Assembly (NCBI GenBank): GCA_000092065.1
Contig: CP000581.1
Strand: one strand, 5' to 3'
Origin: Ostreococcus lucimarinus
Taxonomy: Eukaryota
DNA length: 64,000 bases
The translations under genes and the position numbers were made by a program. Within the stretch, counting starts at the first letter, position 1. Each line of letters opens with the position of its first letter. Positions 1 to 8,803 of this stretch are shown one piece after another. The notes beneath the pieces are model-generated. The model saw only the letters and a program-made list of their open reading frames with translations. It was not told where the DNA came from and did not search any database.

Positions 1-156
1 TCGCGGCGCGATCGACCGGGCTCGACGCGAGACTGACGACGCGCGCGCGTGCGATCGGTGATTACGAAGGTTTTACTCTGGTCCGTGGTTCTCGTGCCCG
101 GGCGAACGTCGGGGGCGTGGAACGACGCGGCGAGAGCGTACTACACGCGCGAGACG

Positions 157-338
157 GTGCGTCAACGTTCGACGCGTTTGGCGCGCGATTTGACTTGACT
201 CGATTCGACGACGCGCGGTTGACTTTGAGGCGACTTTTGAGCGTTACGAGGCGATGGAGCGATGGAGACGGAAGCGCGCGCGATGGAACGCGATGGATCG
301 ACACTGACGGGCGCGAACGCGGGATTTTGAACGCACAG
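157..338 (+). other. Putative spliceosomal intron in the 5' leader upstream of the mitochondrial-carrier gene
   Basis: GTGCGT at 157-162 preceded by G; ACTGAC at 303-308; CAG at 336-338, 30 nt after the branch motif. This is the same donor, branch and acceptor grammar as the 13 homology-verified introns. There is no ATG in 1-156, so the upstream exon is probably non-coding. Confidence 0.4.
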
Positions 339-732
339 GTGAACTTGTCGAGCGCGTACGGAGCGAGCGTGCGCGTGCCCATTCCGGCGATAGACTTGAG
401 GAGTCTAGCGCTCGCGTGGAGACAAGAGAGTTCTTGGCAACAGAAAGCGTTGTCGGTTGTATCTACTGCGCTATTACCCAGTAAAGCGCAGCAGACGAAA
501 CAATCGCTACAGGCACGTCTTAGACATCTAGACGAGCAGCTTTTGATCGGCGGAACGGCCGAGTCGGGGGCGAGCGAAGCGGCTGCCGCGAACGCAAAGG
601 TTTTTTCTCTCTCCTTTTAGAGAGTGTATTCTTTGTGTATCGCTATATTGCTTTCGCTAGTCATTGACTCTAGTTTCTACAAGACAAGAACTCTTTCGTT
701 CGTTCACGCGAACGACGAGAAATAAAACAACC

Positions 733-1998
733 ATGGGGAAGAAGGAAGTGTCCGCGACGACGCTGCTCGGTAGACGTGGACGGTTGACGAGACCTCGGCG
801 ACATGGAGAGGAATATGTCGAGGTTTCTATGGCAACCGCAGCGCAATCAAGCGCATTAAAGGACATCGGACGATTTGTCCCAGTGAAGGATATCATCGCC
901 GGTGGTTTGGCTCGAGCGGCGAGCCAAAGTACGATTCATCCTTTGGACACCGTCAAGGTGCGCATGCAAGCCACGCTCAAGGGCGTCGCCGGCGCCGCGG
1001 CGCCGACGCCTCCGAGCGTTGGTAAGTACGGAGTCGGCCTGAGTGCGGTCTCCAACGGCGCGGTCAGCCTCGGGAAGAGGTCGTTGGCGTCAGCGGCCAA
1101 GGCTGGGGCTACCAAGTTTACTTCTGAAGTAGGCATGATGTACAAGGGATGTTTCGGCGCCGCTACGGGTGCGGGCATCGCCATCGGCGCATACTTTGCA
1201 TTTTACGGCACGGCGAAGAAGCTGCTCCAAGAGAAATCCGACATGCCAGTGTCGCAGATTGCGTTTGTGGCGGGTGGTATCGGTGCCCTTGGATCTTCCA
1301 TCGTCAAGGTACCCGCCGCTGTGTGCATTCGCTCGGTACAAGCCGGTGTGTACCCGAACGTCATCGCCGCCGGCCGCAGAATCACCGCGGCCGCCGGTCC
1401 CCGGGGTTTGTTCACCGGTTACATTCCAACGCTCCTTGAAGACGTGCCCGACATGGCCGTCAAGTTTGCAGCGTATGAGACTCTTCGAACGATGCATCGC
1501 TCGTTCATGAAGAAGAGCAAGGATGAAAGTAGCACGGGTGCGGACATCGTGATGGGTCTCATCGCGGGTTCCGTCGCCGCTGCCGCGACTACTCCTTTGG
1601 ATGTGGTGAAAACCCGGATGATGTGCAATGCCTCATCTCGACCCAGCTTCGGTGGCGCCATCATGGGCGTTTGGAAGGACTCGCCTCCGGGCGTCGGTCG
1701 CGTCCGAACGTTCTTCACCGGCGTTCGCCCGCGAGCAGTCTCCAACGGTATTAACTCCGCCATCTTCTTCTGCTTCTACGAAGCTCTCCGCTCCGGTTTG
1801 GTCAAGGCCGAAACCGAACGCGAACAACAGCGTCTGCAGGAGATCAACGCGTCGAATGCGGCGATGAAGAATTCCCGCCGCGCTTACAGCGGCGTTTCTG
1901 TTGACGCCGTTCATTACTCCACGCCGTCTCATGTGGGACGCGTTACGGAGGCGAGCATGACGCTCGCGCTCGCCAAGAAAAATAGAAAGAATGCCTAA
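733..1998 (+). CDS. Mitochondrial carrier family protein (solute carrier, three repeats)
   Basis: The ORF 664 start is a TTG. The first true ATG is at 733 in an aaccATGG context. Px[DE]xx[KR]xR-type signatures are present (PLDTVKVRMQ, PLDVVKTRMM), with glycine-rich transmembrane helices and a three-fold repeat layout. Confidence 0.8.
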   Translation: MGKKEVSATTLLGRRGRLTRPRRHGEEYVEVSMATAAQSSALKDIGRFVPVKDIIAGGLARAASQSTIHPLDTVKVRMQATLKGVAGAAAPTPPSVGKYGVGLSAVSNGAVSLGKRSLASAAKAGATKFTSEVGMMYKGCFGAATGAGIAIGAYFAFYGTAKKLLQEKSDMPVSQIAFVAGGIGALGSSIVKVPAAVCIRSVQAGVYPNVIAAGRRITAAAGPRGLFTGYIPTLLEDVPDMAVKFAAYETLRTMHRSFMKKSKDESSTGADIVMGLIAGSVAAAATTPLDVVKTRMMCNASSRPSFGGAIMGVWKDSPPGVGRVRTFFTGVRPRAVSNGINSAIFFCFYEALRSGLVKAETEREQQRLQEINASNAAMKNSRRAYSGVSVDAVHYSTPSHVGRVTEASMTLALAKKNRKNA

Positions 1999-2037
1999 GT
2001 ACGGTTGGCATGCTTTCTCGACCAGTTTTGTCTTGTG

Positions 2038-2043
2038 AATAAA
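2038..2043 (+). promoter_or_regulatory. AATAAA-like poly(A) signal about 40 nt after the carrier stop codon
   Basis: gtgaataaaaattg lies in the AT-richer 3' flank of the 733-1998 CDS. Confidence 0.3.
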
Positions 2044-2206
2044 AATTGAAGAGCTCTTCATGAAATGTTTTTCGTTTGATCCTTCTGCTCGACGCGCGGC
2101 GAGCCACTCGTTGTTATAAAGTTCTCGTTTCGATAATTGACAAACTAAGATGGACTACTATCGGGCGCGTCACTCATGGGATATGAACGCGACGTTCATT
2201 GCGTTT

Positions 2207-2923
2207 TCACTTGATCGGCGCATCTTGCGTCGAGTTGGCGAGCGACAAAGCCTCGGCGTGCTGGCGCGCCATGGAGGCTCGCGTGGCGTCGACGTAGTTT
2301 AAGATTTTCAATCTTGGGCCAGGAGGAATCCGCACTTCTTGCAACGCGCTGTCGTTCAGCAACAACAGCGTGTCATCCGTCAACAGCCCTTTCCGAAAGT
2401 TCTTTTCATACTTTTCCAACCCGAGCGTCGCGAGCATGTTATTCGCGTGCGCGTAGTAGTGATCCTGCGCCGCGTCCTTCCCGCTAAACATTTGTCCAAC
2501 CTTCATGAACGCCCCATTCAACAGCGCAAATAACGCACCGGTGCGCACCGCATCCGTCGCCACGCCAGCCGCGTCCTTCGGCGCTTCCCCGCCCATCGCC
2601 CCCGTGGACGACCCCGTCGCCGCGCCGACGAGGCTCAACGCGCTCCCCGCGCCGAACATCGCCATCATGGAGCCTTGAATATCCTCCACGCCGCCGCGGT
2701 ACTTTTTAATCGCCAGCGTCAATCCACCCTGCACCGCGGAGAACACCGCCAAGTTCAACGCGAGCACCTTGGGCGGTCCACTAAACGATCCTTGCGCCGC
2801 CATCGGGGGTTTATTCGGCATCGTCGCCGCCTGCGCCTCGAGCGACTTGTTCATCATCCCCAAGCCGTAGCCCAGCACCGAGCCTTGCAGCGCACCGCCC
2901 GCGGCCGTGATCCCGACCTCGAC
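2207..2923 (-). CDS. HP30-like PRAT (Tim17/Tim22/OEP16 family) protein with C-terminal SAM domain, exon 2
   Basis: Gly-rich four-helix Tim17-like core (GYGLGMM...GAGSALSLVGAATG) followed by a SAM domain (LATLGLEKYEKNFRKGLLTDDTLLLLNDSALQEV). The ORF-track start MRTRAQ at 2941 is intronic: ACTGAC at 2960-2955 and gcgcgcag acceptor at 2926-2924 on the minus strand. The exon begins VEVGITAAGG. Confidence 0.75.
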   Translation of the reverse strand, partial: VEVGITAAGGALQGSVLGYGLGMMNKSLEAQAATMPNKPPMAAQGSFSGPPKVLALNLAVFSAVQGGLTLAIKKYRGGVEDIQGSMMAMFGAGSALSLVGAATGSSTGAMGGEAPKDAAGVATDAVRTGALFALLNGAFMKVGQMFSGKDAAQDHYYAHANNMLATLGLEKYEKNFRKGLLTDDTLLLLNDSALQEVRIPPGPRLKILNYVDATRASMARQHAEALSLANSTQDAPIK

Positions 2924-3090
2924 CTGCGCGCGAGTTCGCATCGTCGCATCTTTCGTCAGTTTACGCCCGCATCGCGTCGCGTCGTCGCCTCATCGCGTCA
3001 TCGCGCGTCGCTTTCTCGACGGCGGCGATCCAATCATCGTTCGACAATCATCATCGCGCGCCGTCGACGCGCGCGTCGCGTCGCGCGCAC

Positions 3091-3165
3091 CGGGTCGGAC
3101 TGCGCCTTGAGCCACGCGTCGAAGCTCTCTTTCTTCGCCGCGAGCGTCTTGCCGAGGTCGCTCAT
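3091..3165 (-). CDS. HP30-like PRAT/SAM protein, exon 1 (MSDLGKTLAAKKESFDAWLKAQSDP)
   Basis: ATG at 3165-3163, 25 codons, ending CCG|GTGCGC (donor at 3090). FDAWLKAQSDP-VEVGITAA resembles the Arabidopsis HP30 N-terminus as recalled from memory (FKTWLSKQSIPVEAAVV), which needs an alignment to confirm. The intron 2924-3090 is 167 bp. This exon is absent from the ORF track. Confidence 0.6.
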
Positions 3166-3313
3166 CGCGCGCGTCGTCGGACCCGCGCGCGCGCGAGTGT
3201 GCGGCGATCGTCCCGAGCCGCCGGCGCCGTCCAGAGGGCCGCGCCGCGACGCGGCGGTTTCGTCGTTAATGTTACACCCCGCGCGCGAGGAAACGCGGCG
3301 CGGGCGCGAAAAG

Positions 3314-3835
3314 CTACTCGCGCGTCGAAATGGCTTTTTTACGTCGCTTCTTCGCGCGGCGACCGTCGTCGTCGTCGCGCGTCGCGCCCCGGACGCGCGG
3401 CGCGGCGTCCGCCTCGGCTTCGGCTTTGGCTTCGGCGCGCGCCGCGCGCTCGCGTTTCAATCGTTTACGCTCGGCTTTGCTCATGTGCCGCTTCTCGGGC
3501 GCGAGCGCGTCGGTCGGGTGCGCTCGAGCGCGCGACGCGCGTTCGACCGCTTTTTGCGCGACGAGCGCGGCGCGACCGCTCGAGGACGCGTCGGCGTTCG
3601 CCGTCGCGCGCGGCGTCGACTCGGGCGCGCGCGAGAGCGCGCGCGCGTCGGGCCGCTTCGTCGCCCCGAGCAGGGATTCCGCGGTCATCGTCGCGCGGAG
3701 ATGTTCGAGGAGTTCTTTCTCTCGCGCGTCGACCGCTCTGGGCGCGCGCAGGCGCTCGGCCTCGGCTTCCTGACGCTCGAGCGCGGCGCGGTTGGCGGCC
3801 GCGACGGCGATTCCGGAATACTTGGCCGTGCTCAT
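3314..3835 (-). CDS. Hypothetical small basic, Lys/Arg/Ala/Glu-rich protein
   Basis: True ATG at 3835. 173-aa ORF with KAERKRLKRERAARAEAKAEAEA-type charged low complexity and no recognisable domain. It could be spurious in this GC-rich context. Confidence 0.25.
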   Translation of the reverse strand: MSTAKYSGIAVAAANRAALERQEAEAERLRAPRAVDAREKELLEHLRATMTAESLLGATKRPDARALSRAPESTPRATANADASSSGRAALVAQKAVERASRARAHPTDALAPEKRHMSKAERKRLKRERAARAEAKAEAEADAAPRVRGATRDDDDGRRAKKRRKKAISTRE

Positions 3836-4022
3836 GGCGCGCGCGCGACGACGCGCGCGCTTGGTGGACGCGCCTGGTGGACCGGACGCGCGCGCGGCGG
3901 AGTGGCGCGCGGCGGCGTGGAGTGCGCGAGTCGAGCGCGGCGCGAGGGCGAGTCGTCGTCGTCGCCGCTCGGCGATGGATTTACAAAGGCGCGCGATGCG
4001 CGCGACGGTGCGCTATGAGGGT

Positions 4023-6839
4023 CTAAAAGTTCCAATAGTAATTCTTTCCGGAGGATTGCCTGTTGACGCGAGGCTTTGAACGGCGGGAATTCGGGGACAT
4101 CCACGGCGCGTCTTGGCCGAATTGGAAATCGTTCGGCGTCGGCGCGGACCAGGTGTTTGATCTCGTGAAGGAGCGTTCGTAGCTCGCGTGTCGCTCTCGT
4201 TGGGCGCGAATGCGTTCAGTTTCGTCGTACACGCGACGAAGTGCCTGGTCGCTCAACTGCGCGTTGGTTTCGCCGATGAGCTTGAAGAGACGGTCGGCGT
4301 CGTCGTGAAGTTCAGACGCCGGAGCCCACGACGGCATGTTCCGATTCGCCTTGTCTGGGTGATACTTCAGCGCCAACGCGCGATACGCCTTCTTAATATC
4401 CGTTTGCGTCGCCTTGTCTTTCAGCTCATCCAAACCGAGGATTCGATACATGTCAACCTGCGAGTTCGCCTGCGTGGTTTTGGTCGTTTCGAGCCTTCGA
4501 AGGCGATCCGTCGCCATCGCCAGAGCGTTTTTGCGCTCCTGAGCCGTGGCGAATAAGTCATATTGCGCGTTTCCGGCGATTTCGACGTACGAACGCAAGT
4601 CTCGGATCGCATCGTCCCAGCATCGAATGCTCTCGTGCAACGTCGCGCGTCTGCTCAGCGCCTTGATGTTCCAAGGATTTAACGCCAACGCTCTGCCGCA
4701 ATCGGCCAAGGCGTTGAGAAACTCGTTCAAACCTTGATACGCGGCGGCACGATTACCGAGCACGATTGAACAATACGCGGCGGCAACTGGCACCTTACCC
4801 GCGTCGAACGCGAGAGTGTAAGATGCGACGGCTTCGGCGTATTTCTCCGCGTTGAACATCTTATTGCCGTCCTCTTTACCTTTGAGCATCGTTCGCGCCA
4901 TTTCGATTGCTTCCTCGTCGACGTCGCATTCCGACACGCTTTTGACGTACTCACACGCGGCATGTGGATCCCCTTTACCCAGTAGAGCTGAAAATGTGAA
5001 CTCGGGCACCCAACCTTCCTTGGATAGGCCGAGCGTTTCGATTTCCGAGATGAAAGCGCTCGCCTCGTGGTACGCGCCGCACGCGATTAGCAGTGCCGCC
5101 TTGGCTTCGACGAACGGCTTCCCAAACTCACTCGATGAAAGCAGCGGATAACTCGACAACGCCGCGACGCTCTTGACGACTGATTCGTACGTCTCATCGA
5201 GCTTTCGCGCGCGACTGTCGCTGTAAAGCCTAGGAAGACCAGGCACACACGCTCGAAGTTTGAGCGAAGCGCCGAGCACCTTCGACAAATGTTCGGAAGC
5301 GGCTTTCGCTTCAATCTTCGCATTCTCGACATCAGCGTCCTCAGACGTCGAAAGCACCTCCAGAAAATCCATCGCGGTACCAAAGCTACCTAATTTCATG
5401 TGACACGCGGCCACGCGAAGTTGAGCACGAGTGTACGACGCATCCGCGCGAACGGCTCGCTCGCAATCGGTGAGCGCTTTGAGTATAAGAACGCGATACT
5501 CATCGTACGGCGTAGACTCGTTCGGAATCATCATCCTCGCCGCCGCTCTGTTGGTCAGTAATACTGCCGCGTCGCGACCGACAAAGGTGTCGATTTGCAC
5601 CCCCAGAGGGCTCTCGTCGCCCTTACCGGCGTTGGTTCGAGGCGCAGAGGCGAACACCATAATCGCTCTGCTATACATCTCGTCCGCTTCAACGTACTTC
5701 TCCTCGCGGTACAGCGCGTTACCTAATTGCCTGAGCCTTTCAGTCTCTTCGGAATCGCGTGAGTGAAGCGACATCTGCGATGCGGCTTGCTCGATATCCC
5801 CGACACTCACGCTCGGGCTCTCCGTCGCCGCGGCGATCGGCGGGCGTCTGTCCCGTCCGGCGCGTTGCGCGTACTTGAAACTTCGGCTGTGCTTGGCGAG
5901 CGCGGGAGAGTCATCCGCGCCCATCTTAAAATCGCCGCTCGACTTTTCCGCAGATCGCGTCGCTCGCACCGTCGGGGTCGTTTTCGTCGGCGGTGGTGCG
6001 GTGAACGTAAACTGCCTCGGCGTCGGCGCCTCAAAAATTGGCGATTGCGGTGACGTACCGAACACGCTCGCGTCACTCTTCGTCGACGCCGGCGTCTCCA
6101 CGCGTTCTACCGCGGCCTCCACGCGTAACGCACTCGCTCTACTTCTAAACGACGCGCTCTTCTTTGTTCCACTCGTCGAAGCGGCGCCCATGGTGAACGT
6201 CCTCGGCGGCGTAAACCGCGCGCCTTCGCTCGCCTCTGAATCATTCGGTGAATCCACCACCATAGGTTCCGGCGACGTCATCGGATCCGGTGACCGCGCC
6301 GGTTCCGACGCCGTATCCTTTTCAAACTCCGCGTCCAACGATCTCGCCGCTCGCGGCGCCCCCGAGTCCTCTCGCGTCAAATTTTGCTGGCTCGCGCTCC
6401 GCGCGCGCCCCGGACTCTTCTCCGGCATCGCCCGCAGCTCGAACGTCTTCACCGGGCTCTCCCGCCCCGACGACGTCGCCTCTCGTTCCAACTTCTCCGC
6501 GAACGCCCCCCAAGTCGCGCGTTCATCGCCCCCTCCGCGCTCGCTCCTCGCCGCGCTCGCCCTCGGCGTCCTCGCCGCGCCGTTCGCGCGCGCGCGAAAA
6601 CTCCGTCCCCTCTCCACCCGCGCCCGACCCGCGTCGCCCGCGCCGAGATTAAACCGCGTGAACCCATCCTCGACGTCTTTCACCGCGTCTCGCCCGCTCG
6701 TCGCCGCGCCGTCGCGCTCGGGCGCCGCGTTTTCGTCCGTCGTCGTCCCGCGGCTGGCGCTGCTTCCCCTCTCGCGTTCGTCCGTCCCTCGCGCGCGCGC
6801 GTCGACGTCTCGCGCGGGCGCGTCGCGCGGCGCGGACAT
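4023..6839 (-). CDS. TPR-repeat co-chaperone with C-terminal J domain (DNAJC7/TPR2-like) and long S/T/P-rich disordered N-terminus
   Basis: Multiple TPR units (LGNALYREEKYVEADEMYSRAI..., GNKMFNAEKYAEAVASYTLA..., NIKALSRRATLHESIRCWDDAIRDL) followed by a J domain (DMYRILGLDELKDKATQTDIKKAYRALALKYHPDKA) with an intact HPD motif. The ORF 6971 start is TTG; the first real ATG is at 6839. An unrecognised 5' intron is possible. Confidence 0.75.
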   Translation of the reverse strand: MSAPRDAPARDVDARARGTDERERGSSASRGTTTDENAAPERDGAATSGRDAVKDVEDGFTRFNLGAGDAGRARVERGRSFRARANGAARTPRASAARSERGGGDERATWGAFAEKLEREATSSGRESPVKTFELRAMPEKSPGRARSASQQNLTREDSGAPRAARSLDAEFEKDTASEPARSPDPMTSPEPMVVDSPNDSEASEGARFTPPRTFTMGAASTSGTKKSASFRSRASALRVEAAVERVETPASTKSDASVFGTSPQSPIFEAPTPRQFTFTAPPPTKTTPTVRATRSAEKSSGDFKMGADDSPALAKHSRSFKYAQRAGRDRRPPIAAATESPSVSVGDIEQAASQMSLHSRDSEETERLRQLGNALYREEKYVEADEMYSRAIMVFASAPRTNAGKGDESPLGVQIDTFVGRDAAVLLTNRAAARMMIPNESTPYDEYRVLILKALTDCERAVRADASYTRAQLRVAACHMKLGSFGTAMDFLEVLSTSEDADVENAKIEAKAASEHLSKVLGASLKLRACVPGLPRLYSDSRARKLDETYESVVKSVAALSSYPLLSSSEFGKPFVEAKAALLIACGAYHEASAFISEIETLGLSKEGWVPEFTFSALLGKGDPHAACEYVKSVSECDVDEEAIEMARTMLKGKEDGNKMFNAEKYAEAVASYTLAFDAGKVPVAAAYCSIVLGNRAAAYQGLNEFLNALADCGRALALNPWNIKALSRRATLHESIRCWDDAIRDLRSYVEIAGNAQYDLFATAQERKNALAMATDRLRRLETTKTTQANSQVDMYRILGLDELKDKATQTDIKKAYRALALKYHPDKANRNMPSWAPASELHDDADRLFKLIGETNAQLSDQALRRVYDETERIRAQRERHASYERSFTRSNTWSAPTPNDFQFGQDAPWMSPNSRRSKPRVNRQSSGKNYYWNF

Positions 6840-7197
6840 GGCGCGACGCCGCACCGTCGACGCGCGTCGCGCGCGCGCTCGGCGCGCGTCGCGGTGTTGT
6901 GCGGACCCGCGGGCGCGCAGCGGCGCCGTAACGGCGCGAGCGCGCTGCGCCGCCGCGATAACCGCATTCAATAGTAGCGCCCGCGCCCGCGCGTCTTCGA
7001 GAGCGCGCGACGACGAGGTCGTTCATTCATTCGTTGATTATCACAGTGATCGCGCGATGTGGTGCTACATAGGTCGTGAAGCGAACGAGCGCGGATTCCG
7101 CCGCGGCTTCGTTCGCACAACCGTCTCGAATCATGAACGCTCTTCGCGTCATGTTCGATTCGGTGGATACAATCGACAGATTCGATCGGCGCGGTGA

Positions 7198-8145
7198 TCA
7201 AAGATCCATAATCACGAGGCGACCGAGGGAGTCCTTCGCGAATCCCATGCCCGAGGGCATGAGATGCTTTTTTGTGCCGTCGAGACCGAGAAACGGTTTC
7301 GTCGCCGACGGCGGCAACAGCGCAAAAAACGGCGTCGATTTCAGCTGCTCCTGACGGCGCGCGTGATCGATCTCGAGAGCCTGGCGCTTGTTCGACTTTG
7401 GTCGCTTCTCGAAGATTCGCATCTTTTCGCAGAAGCGCGCAAGAGGGTCGTAACAGTCCATCTGGTCGCCACCGAACTCGCCCCCCTTGGCCAAAAATCG
7501 ATTCACCGGCGCACCCGGCTGAACCCCCGTGGCGCACTCCGCCGCTCTCGCGAGTTCGACGCTTGAGAATTTATACCGTCGATTCAAATCACTGATTTCC
7601 TTTCTAACCTCACCCGGCGTGAGCCAGGTCTCGCCGTCGATCTCCACGTCCGAGACGTCTGGCAGCTTCCCGCGCGAGTTCGCCTTCGCGTTCGCCGCGC
7701 CGCACGAATCTCTCGCCGGAATCACCGCGCTGTTCGGCAGCCCTCCGACGTGTCGATTCATCGTCGACGCCAACGGCGATCGCGCCGAAATCCCACTCGA
7801 GCCCGCGCCCGCGTCTCGCGCCCGCAGCGTCGCCCCGACGCTCTGACTCTTCATCTTCTTCTCGCGCCAGAAAAAGTAATCCGCCGCCGCGTACGTCCCG
7901 TTTTCCATCGCGCGCCACTTATTCTTGTAATGCCCCGCCATAAACTTCCCGAACGAGTTCGAATTCACGCCCAGGAGCGCCTGAAAAGACGTCACCGAGA
8001 CGTCGAATTCCGCCAAAAACTTTCGAATCTTCGTTCGCAGCGTCGTCGGATTCGTCGCTCTCACGCCGCGCGTCTCGTCGTCGTACGCGTCCAAGAGATC
8101 GTCGTACCCCGGCGGGCGCGCGACGGCGTTTCGGTTTCGCGGCAT
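7198..8145 (-). CDS. Hypothetical protein (no recognised domain)
   Basis: Amino-acid composition is non-repetitive and protein-like (YDDLLDAYDDETRGV..., FQALLGVNSNSFGKFMAGHYKNKWRAMENGTYAAADYFFWRE). The ORF 8211 start is TTG; the first ATG is at 8145. Confidence 0.5.
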   Translation of the reverse strand: MPRNRNAVARPPGYDDLLDAYDDETRGVRATNPTTLRTKIRKFLAEFDVSVTSFQALLGVNSNSFGKFMAGHYKNKWRAMENGTYAAADYFFWREKKMKSQSVGATLRARDAGAGSSGISARSPLASTMNRHVGGLPNSAVIPARDSCGAANAKANSRGKLPDVSDVEIDGETWLTPGEVRKEISDLNRRYKFSSVELARAAECATGVQPGAPVNRFLAKGGEFGGDQMDCYDPLARFCEKMRIFEKRPKSNKRQALEIDHARRQEQLKSTPFFALLPPSATKPFLGLDGTKKHLMPSGMGFAKDSLGRLVIMDL

Positions 8146-8361
8146 CGCACGTTCGCGCGAGTCGACGCGGAGTGTCGACGCGGGCGCGCGCCGTCGTCGT
8201 CGCGCGTTCAAATTTTGAAAACGGATTTAGGGTTTATGTCTAGCGCCGTCGGTCGCGCGCGTCGCGGCGCGTTAGGTCTCCCGCGGCGTTGAATGCGTCG
8301 CGACGCGCGCGCGACGCCGCGCATCGCGAGGCGGCGCCGCACACCTCGACGCCGCGCGACG

Positions 8362-8646
8362 ATGAAGTACGTCGTCGTCAGCGGTGGCGTCGTCAGCGGC
8401 CTGGGCAAGGGCGTCACCGCGTCCTCCATCGGCGTCCTGCTCAAGGCGTCCGGGCTGCGCGTCACGAGCGTGAAGATCGACCCGTACATCAACATCGACG
8501 CGGGGACGATGTCGCCGTTCGAACACGGCGAGACGTACGTGCTCGACGACGGCGGCGAGAGCGATCTCGATCTCGGGAACTACGAGCGGTTCGTGGACGT
8601 GTCGCTGACGAGAGATCACAACATCACGACCGGGAAGGTGTACCAG
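8362..8646 (+). CDS. CTPS: CTP synthase, exon 1
   Basis: [28 protein letters not shown]...NITTGKVYQ is the canonical CTP synthase N-terminus. 95 codons, then G|GTGCGC donor at 8647. Confidence 0.9.
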
Positions 8647-8803
8647 GTGCGCGAGACGACGGGCGAGGCGAGAGGGACGATTTGTTTTTTCGTCGTTGTT
8701 TGAAAATGAACAACAGCTCCGAGGCGCGAACGCGAACGCGAACGCGAACGAATGGTCGGCGCGAGACTGACGGTGCGGTGACGCGGGTTCGATGTGAACG
8801 CAG

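Noticed and set aside
3199-4026. 275-aa Arg-rich plus-strand ORF between the HP30-like and DnaJ-TPR genes
   Set aside because: It is almost pure Arg/Ala/Ser and overlaps the minus-strand 3314-3835 ORF. It is a typical GC-rich non-coding-frame artefact.
5540-5560. ACTGAC (minus strand) inside the TPR/J-domain coding region as a possible branch point
   Set aside because: The motif encodes L-L-T-N in a continuous, TPR-consistent reading frame with no donor or acceptor pair. It is chance occurrence of a 6-mer.
5875-7197. 440-aa plus-strand ORF across the TPR/J-domain gene and its upstream region
   Set aside because: It overlaps the minus-strand DnaJ-TPR CDS, is Ala/Arg/Ser low complexity and has no homology. 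It is a likely artefact.
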